Origin: Candidatus Omnitrophota bacterium
Lineage (GTDB): Bacteria > Omnitrophota > Gorgyraeia > Gygaellales > Profunditerraquicolaceae
Direction of reading: 5' to 3'
Assembly: GCA_016208765.1 (NCBI GenBank)
Contig: JACQXK010000004.1
Location: 84,243 to 148,242, forward strand
Length of the DNA: 64,000 bases
Made by a program: the position numbers and the translations under genes. How positions within the stretch are numbered: position 1 is the first letter of the stretch; the number at the start of each line of letters is the position of its first letter. Shown in pieces: positions 31,778-41,863 of the stretch. The notes below the pieces were generated by a model that had not been told where the DNA came from, searched no databases, and saw only the letters and a program-made list of their open reading frames with translations.

Positions 31778-32824
31778 TTAAAGAGCTCTGCAGGATTCTC
31801 TGATGACAAGTTCTGTGGGCAAAAATACTTTTCTAAATTGAGCAGTTTTTGAAGAAACAACTTCTTGTGTGCCTTTTTTCATATTCATTAGGCGTTCCAG
31901 TTCCTTGACCCCCTCTTCTGCCATTTTAATAAGAGGCTGCCTGACAGTAGTTAAAGAAACCGGCCCATACAGCCCTGAGGGATTATCGTCAAAACCGACA
32001 ATAGATAAATCGCCCGGAATGTTTTTCCCCATTTCCCTTGCCACGGCCATTACTTCAAGGGCCATGGAATCAGACGCCACAAATACCGCGGTCGGCGCCT
32101 CCTGCATGCGAAATAAATTCTCTACGGCAACCCTTGCCTGTCCGCGCGAATAATCTGTTTTGAAAATGTATTTTTGGTCCACTTCAATGTTATTCTTCTT
32201 TAAACCCTGCTTATAACCCTCAAGCCTGTGGGCTGCTGCCTGCGTTACAACATCTCCGGCAATGTGCGCGATCTTTCTGTGCCCCATGCTAAACAAATAA
32301 TTAACCGCGTTTTCAGCTCCGCCAATATTGTCAACAGCAACACAGCTGACGTTTAAATCTTCAACATAATAATTGATCACTACAGTAGGAATATTATTAA
32401 CAAGCGCTTCTTCAAGCTGATGGCGGTTGCCGATTATATCTGCAAAAATTATTCCTCCGACTCCTCTTAAATTAAGCGAAGAACGCACATCGGTTAAATG
32501 CAGCAGCAAGTCCAATTTAAAAACATCGCAAAGCGTGCCGATACCCCGGATCAATTCCAATGCGTAGAAAGAATAAAATACCCCCTCGTAGCGGGGGATC
32601 ACCAATGCCACAATATTGCTTTTTCCGGTGGCAAGCCTCTGGGCAAAAATAGAAGGCTGAAAATTAAGTTCTTTAATAACCTCCAATACTCTTAGTTTAT
32701 TTCTTTCTTTAACGGTAGGTATTTTATTAATTACCCTTGAAACCGTGGTAATAGACACACCTGCTCGGCGGGCAACATCTTCTATTGAAATATTTGCTGG
32801 AGTATTTTTTCTTGTGCGGGTCAT
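31778..32824 (-). CDS. LacI-family transcriptional regulator
   Basis: N-terminal HTH IEDVARRAGVSITTVSRVIN plus a periplasmic-binding-like sugar-binding domain. Confidence 0.8.
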   Translation of the reverse strand: MTRTRKNTPANISIEDVARRAGVSITTVSRVINKIPTVKERNKLRVLEVIKELNFQPSIFAQRLATGKSNIVALVIPRYEGVFYSFYALELIRGIGTLCDVFKLDLLLHLTDVRSSLNLRGVGGIIFADIIGNRHQLEEALVNNIPTVVINYYVEDLNVSCVAVDNIGGAENAVNYLFSMGHRKIAHIAGDVVTQAAAHRLEGYKQGLKKNNIEVDQKYIFKTDYSRGQARVAVENLFRMQEAPTAVFVASDSMALEVMAVAREMGKNIPGDLSIVGFDDNPSGLYGPVSLTTVRQPLIKMAEEGVKELERLMNMKKGTQEVVSSKTAQFRKVFLPTELVIRESCRAL

Positions 32825-32837
32825 TTATTCCAAAAAG

Positions 32838-33527
32838 TTACCTGACTAAATCACCGATTTTAACCGGCACATTCTCTTTCTTGATATCACAGGCAGAAAT
32901 ATTGCTGCGTACCTGAATAACCTGCAGCAGAGCAATAGACTGGTTGCCCCTGTAAACGTGTAAGCTATCTCCCTGCTTAACACCGGCGTTATTTCCTAAA
33001 TCAATAATCAAGAAATTGCTCTCCCTGTTGATTGCCACAACTTTACCTTGCCCCGTGCTGTCAGGAGCAATAGAGGTTGTTGACTGCGGCCGCACCACTA
33101 TCGCCGGCAGCTGCACAGCAGGTTCCTTTTGTCCCGAAGCCGGCTGTTCTGTGCCTTCTAAATCAGCTGTATTTTCTTTTGTTTGCCGCACAGAACTAAG
33201 CTGGTCTCTCAATTTATCCACATAATTAAGCTTATCTGATAGCATTGTTTCCATTTCATCCATGCGCCGCTGCAACACGTCTTTTTCTTCCTGGGTTTGC
33301 TGCAGCTTTTTCTCTAAATCAAATTTACGGTTATTCAGATTCTTTAGTTGGCGGCTCAATAAAGCATTTTCACCCCTTAAGGATTTTAGATTATCAACTA
33401 TCTGGGATTTATCATTCTTTTCTCTTACCAGATCCTGGGCAATGCTATCCATAACCTTCTGATTATAATCCAACTGCTGCTTCATATCCTCTTTTTCCCG
33501 CTTTAAGGCGCTTAGGTCAATTTCCAA
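32838..33527 (-). CDS. Coiled-coil protein (possibly the C-terminal part of a single gene with 33512..33901)
   Basis: Heptad-rich sequence. It overlaps the upstream coiled-coil ORF by 16 nt in another frame. Confidence 0.35.
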   Translation of the reverse strand: MEIDLSALKREKEDMKQQLDYNQKVMDSIAQDLVREKNDKSQIVDNLKSLRGENALLSRQLKNLNNRKFDLEKKLQQTQEEKDVLQRRMDEMETMLSDKLNYVDKLRDQLSSVRQTKENTADLEGTEQPASGQKEPAVQLPAIVVRPQSTTSIAPDSTGQGKVVAINRESNFLIIDLGNNAGVKQGDSLHVYRGNQSIALLQVIQVRSNISACDIKKENVPVKIGDLVR

Positions 33528-33901
33528 GGAATCTTTATCTTTTGCTGCTGCGCTGCCTGTGGTTTTTGCTCTTCTTGCAACTGGGTTTTTGCCTGGTTTA
33601 ATTTTTCAATCAGCTCATCTTTTGCCTTACTAAGCAGATCATATCTTCTCTGAAGCTCTATTTTATCCTGACTTACTGTATCAATCTCGCGGCTAAACTG
33701 ATTGACCTTGTTTTCCAGGCTACGCAGGCTTGCTGCATCACTTTCCGTCTTTAACTTAAGCGCTGAGTTTTCCTTTTTAAGGTCATCATTTAAGCGCGCC
33801 AAATTTTCTTTGACACCGGATGTTTGGGCAAGAAGAATCAAAAAAATCAGGGTTAAAACTGCAAGTCCAATGATAATAAATTTTGACTTTTTGTCCATCA
33901 A
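33512..33901 (-). CDS. Membrane-anchored coiled-coil protein (N-terminal TM helix)
   Basis: TM segment FIIIGLAVLTLIFLILLA followed by a coiled coil. Confidence 0.35.
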   Translation of the reverse strand: MMDKKSKFIIIGLAVLTLIFLILLAQTSGVKENLARLNDDLKKENSALKLKTESDAASLRSLENKVNQFSREIDTVSQDKIELQRRYDLLSKAKDELIEKLNQAKTQLQEEQKPQAAQQQKIKIPWKLT

Positions 33902-33924
33902 GCCTCCTATTACCTATAATTAGC

Positions 33925-35160
33925 CTACCAAAGCTGGGCAAACATTTTCTGCATCACCAAACTTGCCGCGCCCAAAGCCACTGCATTCTCCCGCAAATTA
34001 GAATAAACAATCCTTAAATCATCGGTTACTTCTCTAAATGACCACTCTTTTACAGTTTCTCCCACTTTGTGCAAAAACGAGTCTCCTGCTTCTTCAAATC
34101 CTCCGCCAATCACTACTGCCTGCGGATTCAACAAGTTAACTAAGAAAGAAATTTTTATTCCCAGCCGCTTGGCAGCACTCTCAAGCGCAATATTGGCAAC
34201 TTCATCCCCTGAACGGGCAGCGATAAAAACGCTCTTTAAGTCAATATTATTTATATTACTGGAGGTAGTCTTAAAAAATTTATCCGCCTTAAGTTTATCT
34301 TTAGAAAGCATTGCCCTGACATCTTCCACAATCCCGATATCTAATTCCCAGCGTTTCAGAAAACAGGTATTTCCGGCGTTACAATTAAAATCATCCTGCT
34401 CTTTGTAATTATAAATAGACACCTCTCCGGCATACCCCTGGGCGCCCCGATACGCCTCGCCATTAATAATTATGCCGCAGCCTACCCCGGAAAACATATA
34501 GATCAGGTTTTTAAAATTTTGATCAAGCCCAAGCCAATACTCGCCGAAACAAGCGCTGGTGGCGTCATTCTCAATCAGGGCCGGGATGTTAAACTCTTTT
34601 TCAATTAAAGATTTTAAAGGCAAATCCACCGACGCATAAGTGTAATAGTGATCCATCTTCTGCGGCCAATGAATTGAACCGTCTGTTTTGTTAATTAAAC
34701 CCGCCATTCCCACGCCGATACCCTTTATATTAGAACTTTGCTCTTTGGACCTGCGCAGGATCTCGCGGATAATGTCAAAGAGGCATTCAGAAATTTCTTT
34801 AACTGAAGCGCGAGGCCGGGCAACTTGTGTCTTTGTAATAATATTGCCTTTAAGATCCAGCAAAAGCCCAACCATGCTCATCAGGTTAAGCCCTACCCCA
34901 ATCACATACCCTGCCTGCGGGTTCAAATCCAAAAGAACAGGCCTTCTTCCGCCTTCAGAAACATCTAACTCTTTCTCGTATACCAAATTGCGCTTGATGA
35001 ATTCGTCAACATAATTGGAAATGGTTACAACATTAATGCCCATTTCTTTAGAAATATCCGGCCTGCTGATAGGGCCGCGCCTGCGCAAGATCTCAAGTAT
35101 GTCAATATTGCGTCTTTCTTTTTCGCTTAAGTCTTCTTTCCAGAAATCTAAAGTCCGCAT
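33925..35160 (-). CDS. ROK-family transcriptional regulator (NagC/XylR-type)
   Basis: N-terminal wHTH (ILEILRRRGPISRPDISKEMGI) plus an ROK sugar-kinase-like domain with a Cys/His zinc motif. Confidence 0.75.
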   Translation of the reverse strand: MRTLDFWKEDLSEKERRNIDILEILRRRGPISRPDISKEMGINVVTISNYVDEFIKRNLVYEKELDVSEGGRRPVLLDLNPQAGYVIGVGLNLMSMVGLLLDLKGNIITKTQVARPRASVKEISECLFDIIREILRRSKEQSSNIKGIGVGMAGLINKTDGSIHWPQKMDHYYTYASVDLPLKSLIEKEFNIPALIENDATSACFGEYWLGLDQNFKNLIYMFSGVGCGIIINGEAYRGAQGYAGEVSIYNYKEQDDFNCNAGNTCFLKRWELDIGIVEDVRAMLSKDKLKADKFFKTTSSNINNIDLKSVFIAARSGDEVANIALESAAKRLGIKISFLVNLLNPQAVVIGGGFEEAGDSFLHKVGETVKEWSFREVTDDLRIVYSNLRENAVALGAASLVMQKMFAQLW

Positions 35161-35257
35161 TTAAACATTATACTTTCTCCGTGGCTTTTAGAGAATTTTT
35201 ATTACTTTATTTATACTACTAAAGAAAATATAAGTCAAGTAATTTTAACAAATTAGG

Positions 35258-36886
35258 TTAATTTATGTCCTCTAAAGTGAAGCTGCGCTCCACAATTCCA
35301 TTAGGGCTGACTACAACTAAATTAATCTCTTTTGTCCCTGAATGGATATAAGAGGTGTCAAATGATGCGGAATCATTTGCTAAAGAAGGGGTTTTGCCGG
35401 TGTGCCCGGACCAAAGGTATTGCAGTTCTACCTGCATACAACCGGAGGGTGAAGCATAAGCCAAAGACTCAACTGCAACTGCTTCATCTTTTTTAGCTTT
35501 TGCGGGGAGTGATTTTAACTCAACCTTACTCATATCAAGATTAGCATACTCATCTTTAAAAGAAACGTCCAGAAAGGTCTTAAGACTATATTCTATAGGC
35601 AAATCTTTTTCTAATTCTTTAAGCCTCTCATTTGCAAGTTTCTGTGTTTCAACAAACGACCCTGAAGCCTTGTTTAATAATTTATCGTAATACTCTTTTG
35701 CTTTTTCTTTGTTGCCTTCCCATTGCGCCAACAAACCCAATTGATATAAACCGGAGATTGTTTGCGCGCTAACCGCAGGAGATTCTTTCTGCGCTAATTT
35801 CTCAAAAAGCTCGCGGGCGCCCTTTAAATCCCTTAATGCATAAGCGTCAAAGTATGCGGCCTTAAAGAGTGCCTCGTCTGAATAAACGCTTTCAGGAAAA
35901 CGCAAAAGCTCAAGATAAGCATCTTTAGACAAAACATAGTCTTTCGCCTTCTCAAGATTATAAGCCCTTAAATACAACAGCTGCTCATCAAAAGTCGCTT
36001 TACCGCCGAGGCCTTCTATCTGCTTGAATATCTTTTCAGTATACACAGGGTCGGATAATGAGCCGTCTTTATATGAAAACAGCTTTGCCGTTTCAATCAA
36101 AACAGGGATTGTTTTTTCTTTCGGCGCTCCTCTTTCAATCAGGCGCTTTATATAAATATCGTAAACACTTTCTGACAATTCAAGATTACCGTCCTTATAA
36201 AAACTTTTTGCGCTGGACAACAAATCTTCGTCTTTGGCATTGCCCGCTAAAAGTAAACCGGAGTAAAGCCTGTAAAGCTCTTTTGCCTTTAATTTTTCGC
36301 CGTAAGCCTGCAATTGATCTGCGACATTTTTTATAGCGGGTGCGTTATTGATATTTTCTGAACTGGCCGTTGCCTGAGACATCAAATCATCAAGGCTTGC
36401 TTCGTGCAAATTATCCTGCTGGTCGCGGTGAAATTTCCAGGCCACAAGTTTTGCATCAAGTAACAAAGGATCTTCCGCAGTCAAAGCAGAAATGCTTTTT
36501 TGCACTGATTCAACAATTTGTGCCCTGTAATCGTTTCCTTTATTAAAATATTCGTCCCAGCTTTGAGTTTCTTCAAGATGCCTCAACTGGTTATAGCGCG
36601 AGAGAGCAATATAAAAGTTTGCCTGCCCGGTAAACTCTTTTTTCTGGTTAATTATTGAATTTAATAGATCAACAAATTCATTGTATTTGTTCTCTTTAAA
36701 AAATGAATCCGACGCCTCTTCAAATTTAACAGCTGCCTCTTCACTGCTTTTTGCCTGCATAATTTCTTTAGAAAAACGAGCCGCTAATAAATCATCCGCC
36801 CCGTAAACCAGGCCTGCGCCATAAACAAAACAAAAAACCAGAAACAAAACCCGGCTAACCGTTAAAATTTGTTTTTTCATAATCAT
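35258..36886 (-). CDS. Secreted helical-repeat (TPR-like) protein, function unknown
   Basis: Signal peptide and repetitive amphipathic helices. No catalytic motif was recognised. Confidence 0.35.
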   Translation of the reverse strand: MIMKKQILTVSRVLFLVFCFVYGAGLVYGADDLLAARFSKEIMQAKSSEEAAVKFEEASDSFFKENKYNEFVDLLNSIINQKKEFTGQANFYIALSRYNQLRHLEETQSWDEYFNKGNDYRAQIVESVQKSISALTAEDPLLLDAKLVAWKFHRDQQDNLHEASLDDLMSQATASSENINNAPAIKNVADQLQAYGEKLKAKELYRLYSGLLLAGNAKDEDLLSSAKSFYKDGNLELSESVYDIYIKRLIERGAPKEKTIPVLIETAKLFSYKDGSLSDPVYTEKIFKQIEGLGGKATFDEQLLYLRAYNLEKAKDYVLSKDAYLELLRFPESVYSDEALFKAAYFDAYALRDLKGARELFEKLAQKESPAVSAQTISGLYQLGLLAQWEGNKEKAKEYYDKLLNKASGSFVETQKLANERLKELEKDLPIEYSLKTFLDVSFKDEYANLDMSKVELKSLPAKAKKDEAVAVESLAYASPSGCMQVELQYLWSGHTGKTPSLANDSASFDTSYIHSGTKEINLVVVSPNGIVERSFTLEDIN

Positions 36887-36890
36887 TCTC

Positions 36891-38143
36891 TTATTCTTTA
36901 GAAATTAAAGGGGTTTTTTTGCCCTTAACTTTTTTAGGAGGGTTCTTCCAGAATTCACGCACTACATAATAAGCCTTGCGCGGAATACGCTTATTCAAAC
37001 CATCCTGCATCTCTTCTGACAAAGCCACAATCCCAAACCACTCTTCGTTCATATTCTTGTTATTTTCAGCTTTAATATCAAAATAATAACTGCCGTTGGA
37101 CCAGTTTGATCCGGTATCATGGATCTTCCATGTATCGGGGCTTGATTCATTATGCTTCCACCACTCATCACTCCATTCAAAGATAGTCCCTCCGAGGCAA
37201 TTTCCCTCGCCTTCTTTATTATTTGCCAGATTATCGTAGATCTGGCGCCACTGAGATTCCAGAAAGAATGCCTGCATGTTTTGATTCTCGCTCTTTTGAT
37301 AAGCATCATAACAATCCGCGCCAAATTCTGCCAGAAGCACCGGTTTGTCAAAAGTCATTTTTAAGGACTTAAAAAGATTGCCAAAAGTTTTTCCACGGTA
37401 AATAATACAGGCAACCAAATCCACATCCGGGCAATATTCTTTTGCATACTCCAGGCCGATCAGCTCCCCGTTACCCAGAGCTACCGGATGCTGCGTGTCA
37501 ATTTTATGGATTTCATTTGCTATTGAATTTACAAAAGAATAATAAACTTTATAACGCATGGCCTTTTGTTTCTGCGGGTCAGGTTCCTTGTCAATCTCGT
37601 CGGTTGACCAACGGTTGATCTGGCCAAAGCAGGAATAGTTATTTTCATTGCCGAGGATCCACATTAAAATACCAGGCTCATCCTTATATAAATTCACCAT
37701 CTCAAGGACTTCTTTGCGGATCTTCTCTTCAAAATTTTTATCTCCATACAACGGGCAAGGATATTCCCAAAACCCCAGCCAATGCCCAAGAATAGTGCGA
37801 ATTCCGAATTTATCATATAAATCACGAATTACTTCTTTAACTTTCTGCGGATCATCGCCGGCTTGATATATCCTGACAGTATTAACCCCCATCTCCTGCA
37901 TTAGTTTTCCATCAACAAGCCAGGGCTTATTTGGATCTGACCACCAGTCATAATCATGGCTCTGCCCAATAGGCACAGGATTATAGCAAACACCCTTTAC
38001 AACATAAGGCTTGTTGTTAACCATTAACTGGTAATGATTATTTTTTAATTTTTTAATAAAGACTTTGGGCAGGGGCCGGCTGGACATGCCGGTGAATAAA
38101 AAAATACAGCTGATTAAAAGAATTAAATAATTTTTTTTCATTG
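36891..38143 (-). CDS. Putative secreted TIM-barrel glycoside hydrolase (GH clan A-like; LGNENNY motif)
   Basis: GVNTVRIY and ILGNENNY motifs are shared with the hydrolase domain of 39527..41863. The track start at 38207 lies inside a REP element, so the start is taken at MKKNYLILL (38143). Confidence 0.45.
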
Positions 38144-38147
38144 AATA

Positions 38148-38223
38148 GTAGGGACGGTTCTGAAACACGGTTAAATCTGTCCCCTTGGGGGACACTTTCA
38201 AGCGCAAATCAGAACCGTCCCTA
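38148..38223. repeat. Solo REP doublet (the same REP family as the RAYT arms)
   Basis: tagggacggttctgaaacacggttaaatctgtcccc ttgg gggacactttcaagcgcaaatcagaaccgtcccta: both arms are arranged head-to-head without a transposase. Confidence 0.75.
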
Positions 38224-38233
38224 GCATATAATT

Positions 38234-39421
38234 TTATTCGTACTTTATTTCGTCCAAATAGAAGGTCATTCCATCCGGATTATTATCTACATTTGCCGCC
38301 CAGCAGAAACCACCAAAAATATAGGACATATCTTTGCCCTTTAAATCAATGGTATACTGGGTCCATTCTTTATTCAAGATCACCGGGCCGATTACAGCGC
38401 TGTCTGAATCAGAATATTCATTCATGATCCCGCCGACTTTAAACTCTTCTATTCTCTCCCCGCCCTTTGCGCCCTTTGCCCAGAAGGTGAGTTTTGTTGC
38501 TTTTGAGAGATCAAAGCCGCCGTCAATCGCTCCCCAGTTATTTGCAGGGTTCTGCCAATAAATACCCGCCCAACGCGCACCTTGCGCACCTTGGCCGTTA
38601 TACGTGATCTTAATACAGGTGTCTCCTAAATAAGGATCATCCTTTGAAGCTCCGTCATACTTTAGATCTCCGTAATCACCCATCCAACCCGAAGGAATAA
38701 AGTGATTGCTGGAAGATGACCTGTCCGCATAAACATAAAACGGCATTGCTTCCTGTTTCTTTGATTCCGGTTTTATTGCCGGATCAGCTTCAAATTTCAC
38801 ATCATCAATATAAAAAGTTGCGCCTTCAGGATTTAGATCCGCAGTAGTAACCCAACCAAAACCGCCGCTGATATAACTCAAATCCTTGCCTGCCAAATTA
38901 ATGGTGTATTGTTTCCATGCATCAGTAAGCTCAACCGGGCCCATTTCAATAACAGCAGAATCAGGGTATGTGCCCTTGATACCGCCAACAGTAAATTTCT
39001 GGATCACTTCCCCGCCTTTTGCTCCGCGCGCCCAAAAAGTTAATTTGGTCATACCGGTAAGGTCAAACCCGCCCTTTTTGCTTCCCCAGTTATTTGCAGG
39101 ATTCTGCCAATACACGCCAGCCCAACCCTGATTTTGCGACTTTTTTGCGGTATAAACAAATTGCAAACAAGTTGAACCGGAATGCGGATTATCAGTGCTC
39201 TGGTCGTTAAGTTTTACATCGCCGTAATCACCCATCCAACCCGAAGGAATATAGTGATTTTCTTTTTTGCCCTTGTCAGAATAAACTACAAATTCTTTTG
39301 GGCAAGAAGCATCAGCCTTTACAGCCTCTTCTTTCACCGGCTCAACAGCCGCATCTTCTGCCTGCGCGCAAAACGGCATCAACAACACCAATGCCGCTAA
39401 AATTGCTAATTTCTTTTTCAT
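38234..39421 (-). CDS. Secreted protein with two tandem ~180-aa duplicated domains (putative carbohydrate-binding)
   Basis: Signal peptide. Repeats FVVYSDKGKKENHYIPSGWMGDYGD... and FYVYADRSSSSNHFIPSGWMGDYGD... are also visible as a ~550-bp tandem DNA duplication. Confidence 0.45.
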   Translation of the reverse strand: MKKKLAILAALVLLMPFCAQAEDAAVEPVKEEAVKADASCPKEFVVYSDKGKKENHYIPSGWMGDYGDVKLNDQSTDNPHSGSTCLQFVYTAKKSQNQGWAGVYWQNPANNWGSKKGGFDLTGMTKLTFWARGAKGGEVIQKFTVGGIKGTYPDSAVIEMGPVELTDAWKQYTINLAGKDLSYISGGFGWVTTADLNPEGATFYIDDVKFEADPAIKPESKKQEAMPFYVYADRSSSSNHFIPSGWMGDYGDLKYDGASKDDPYLGDTCIKITYNGQGAQGARWAGIYWQNPANNWGAIDGGFDLSKATKLTFWAKGAKGGERIEEFKVGGIMNEYSDSDSAVIGPVILNKEWTQYTIDLKGKDMSYIFGGFCWAANVDNNPDGMTFYLDEIKYE

Positions 39422-39526
39422 TTCTACGCCTCCGTTTTTATAAATTTAGTTTTGCTGCTTTTAAAACTTTCCAAGTCCAGTCAAGATGCTGTTTTGTTTC
39501 CTCCTTTCTAAAATAAAATTTTACCC

Positions 39527-41863
39527 TTACTTCCACATTCGTTTATATTCAAAATAAGCCTTGCGTAACTGCCTTAAAAACGGGCTAAGCTTTCCATCAC
39601 CCTGGCCGGAAACACCAAGCCATTCTTCGTGCATGTATCCGTCGGGAAACGGCCCCACCCACAGCCCCTTTGTATCATGACGGCCGGGTTCGTAGCCTTT
39701 CCACCATTCATCAAGCCACTCAAAAACAAAACCACCAAGCGCATTACCTGCACCACCGGCAAACGCCATATTATTCTCAATATCCTCCCAGGAACCCCGA
39801 TGATATGAAGCCTGCAAAGCCTCTGCCTCATCGGCAATTTTTCCTTCGGCATAAGCAGGACAACCAAACTCTGTAATCATGGCCGGCCTGCCGATATATT
39901 CTTTTACCTGCTGCCACAATGAACCGAAGCCATAATCTCCTCGGTAGGCGTTTGTCCCAAATATGTCAATATCAGGAGCGAACTTACCGAATTTATCCAT
40001 AAATAAAATATCGCCGCTACAAATAGCCACAGGATGCTCCGGGTCAAGCGCCTTTATTGTCTGTGCTACTTCATTGGCAAATTTAAAAAAAGCTTCAGGG
40101 TCCTTATCAGCATTACAGGCATACCCGTAAACATTTTCATTCCCCAAGAGCCAGAATAAAATATACGGCTCATCTTTAAATTCCATCACCATGTTTGTGA
40201 CCGACTCAACCATTTTCTTTTTATGCTCTTCATTGTTATAGTCGGTGCCGGGATTCCAGGGGGCGCCTGAGCCAATGGCATATTTACCAAGAAAATCCCC
40301 CATCACAGTCATAATCCCGTAATTTTCATAAAGGTCGCGCAGGATTTCTTTTTTTATTTTTAAAGGGTGATGATACAGCCTGATAGTATTTACTCCCATT
40401 TCCCGCATCAAAAGAAAATCCCCTACATCGGGCTCATCATTATCTTGCAGATTGTTTTTATTCCTATCCACAAAAGCATCATACGGTCCGTCGGCTTTGC
40501 CGTTATTATTAAAATCTTCTTCCATCCAGTTTCCCATAGTCCCTTCATCAGGAGACTGCCCGACTTTTGTAGGAGCATAAGTAATTCCCTTAATAATATA
40601 CGGGGCGTCATTTACTAAAAGCTGCCAGTCACCGGTTTCATATTGCGCCAAGCGCACCTTTCCTGTGCCCAAGGCTCTTTTTAAAACAGGTTTTTCTAAA
40701 GAGGTTTTTGGTTTTAATTTTTCAAAGAGCCCGATCTTTTCAAATTTACCCGGGTTAGTAATTACCACATCATTTGAAACATCGTTATCAAAACCATTAA
40801 TGATCCTTATCTGGGCATCACTAAGCTTGAACCCGAGCTTAGGATTATTGCGCAGAAGATAATTTATTTTTGCAATTGCCGCCTGCCCGACTGACCAGGG
40901 GGTATGCCAATATGTCCAGCCGTAGCTGCCCGGAAAATGCACCACAATCGCGTAATAACATTTAATCGCCTGTTTAATCAGGCCGCTTTTTTCTAAAATT
41001 AAACCGGTATAAAATAATTTTACTCCCTGCGGCTCAGGGGCTAATGCCCATTTTAAGAATGCCGCCTCTAAATCAGGCGAATGCACAAAATCCCAATGCG
41101 GGCACTCAAGCCTTTTTTCTTTTTGCGCCTTTTTAAATTCCGGGTCCCATCTTACAGAAGTGGTGTTCGGATAAACCCCCTCGCCGACTGCCTGCGCCAG
41201 GCCTTCCTGATCCTTAAGAACATATTTATAATCTTTGGTTCCCACATTCTGAAGTTCGCCGTACTTTGCATAATCAACAAAGTCTTCTTTACCGGCGTCA
41301 TATAAAACTATTTTTGTAGGGAGCTGGCTCACCTTGCAAGACGGTGTTGACCCCTGTTCTTCTGTGCCCGGACAAGGCGTAGGCAACTCTTCCTTAGGGT
41401 TGATTTTGACAATGCTTTCCCGCGAGGCCTTTGACACCGACCAAAACCATCCGCGCGGATCCCAAGCTTGAGCAAAACAAAATTTCTGTAAAACTATTTT
41501 AAATAATTTTAATGCCTGCGCAGGGTCTTTTTTAATATCCCGATACGCCTCTGCCTGAATAAAATAAGCTGTGCCCACATCATTTAATATTTGCACAGAT
41601 TCTATCTCTGCTCTTTTTTTGGGAAGCGTCTTGAGCGAAGCCTGCTGTTTTTCTGCTTCAGCAGTATAAAGATCAATGCATTGCTGGGTATATTTTATAG
41701 TAGCGTCAAAATCTTTCGCGCCTTTTGCCTGCCAGGCCTTTACGACCAGATCTCCACTGGTTGGGATTTCTTCTGCAGTCACAGCCCGCAAACCAATAGC
41801 CGCAAAGCTAAGAAATAAAAATAAAACTGCTAATTGTAATCGTTTAATTTTTGGTTTCAACAT
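39527..41863 (-). CDS. Large secreted protein with a C-terminal TIM-barrel glycoside-hydrolase-like domain
   Basis: Signal peptide. The C-terminal half (GVNTIRLYHHP..., LLGNENVYGY..., FVFEWLDEWWK) is paralogous to 36891..38143. Confidence 0.45.
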   Translation of the reverse strand: MLKPKIKRLQLAVLFLFLSFAAIGLRAVTAEEIPTSGDLVVKAWQAKGAKDFDATIKYTQQCIDLYTAEAEKQQASLKTLPKKRAEIESVQILNDVGTAYFIQAEAYRDIKKDPAQALKLFKIVLQKFCFAQAWDPRGWFWSVSKASRESIVKINPKEELPTPCPGTEEQGSTPSCKVSQLPTKIVLYDAGKEDFVDYAKYGELQNVGTKDYKYVLKDQEGLAQAVGEGVYPNTTSVRWDPEFKKAQKEKRLECPHWDFVHSPDLEAAFLKWALAPEPQGVKLFYTGLILEKSGLIKQAIKCYYAIVVHFPGSYGWTYWHTPWSVGQAAIAKINYLLRNNPKLGFKLSDAQIRIINGFDNDVSNDVVITNPGKFEKIGLFEKLKPKTSLEKPVLKRALGTGKVRLAQYETGDWQLLVNDAPYIIKGITYAPTKVGQSPDEGTMGNWMEEDFNNNGKADGPYDAFVDRNKNNLQDNDEPDVGDFLLMREMGVNTIRLYHHPLKIKKEILRDLYENYGIMTVMGDFLGKYAIGSGAPWNPGTDYNNEEHKKKMVESVTNMVMEFKDEPYILFWLLGNENVYGYACNADKDPEAFFKFANEVAQTIKALDPEHPVAICSGDILFMDKFGKFAPDIDIFGTNAYRGDYGFGSLWQQVKEYIGRPAMITEFGCPAYAEGKIADEAEALQASYHRGSWEDIENNMAFAGGAGNALGGFVFEWLDEWWKGYEPGRHDTKGLWVGPFPDGYMHEEWLGVSGQGDGKLSPFLRQLRKAYFEYKRMWK

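Noticed and set aside
31615-31860. 81-aa ORF overlapping the 3' end of the LacI-family gene
   Set aside because: It overlaps a well-supported gene on the same strand in another frame and has no recognisable features, so it is likely spurious.
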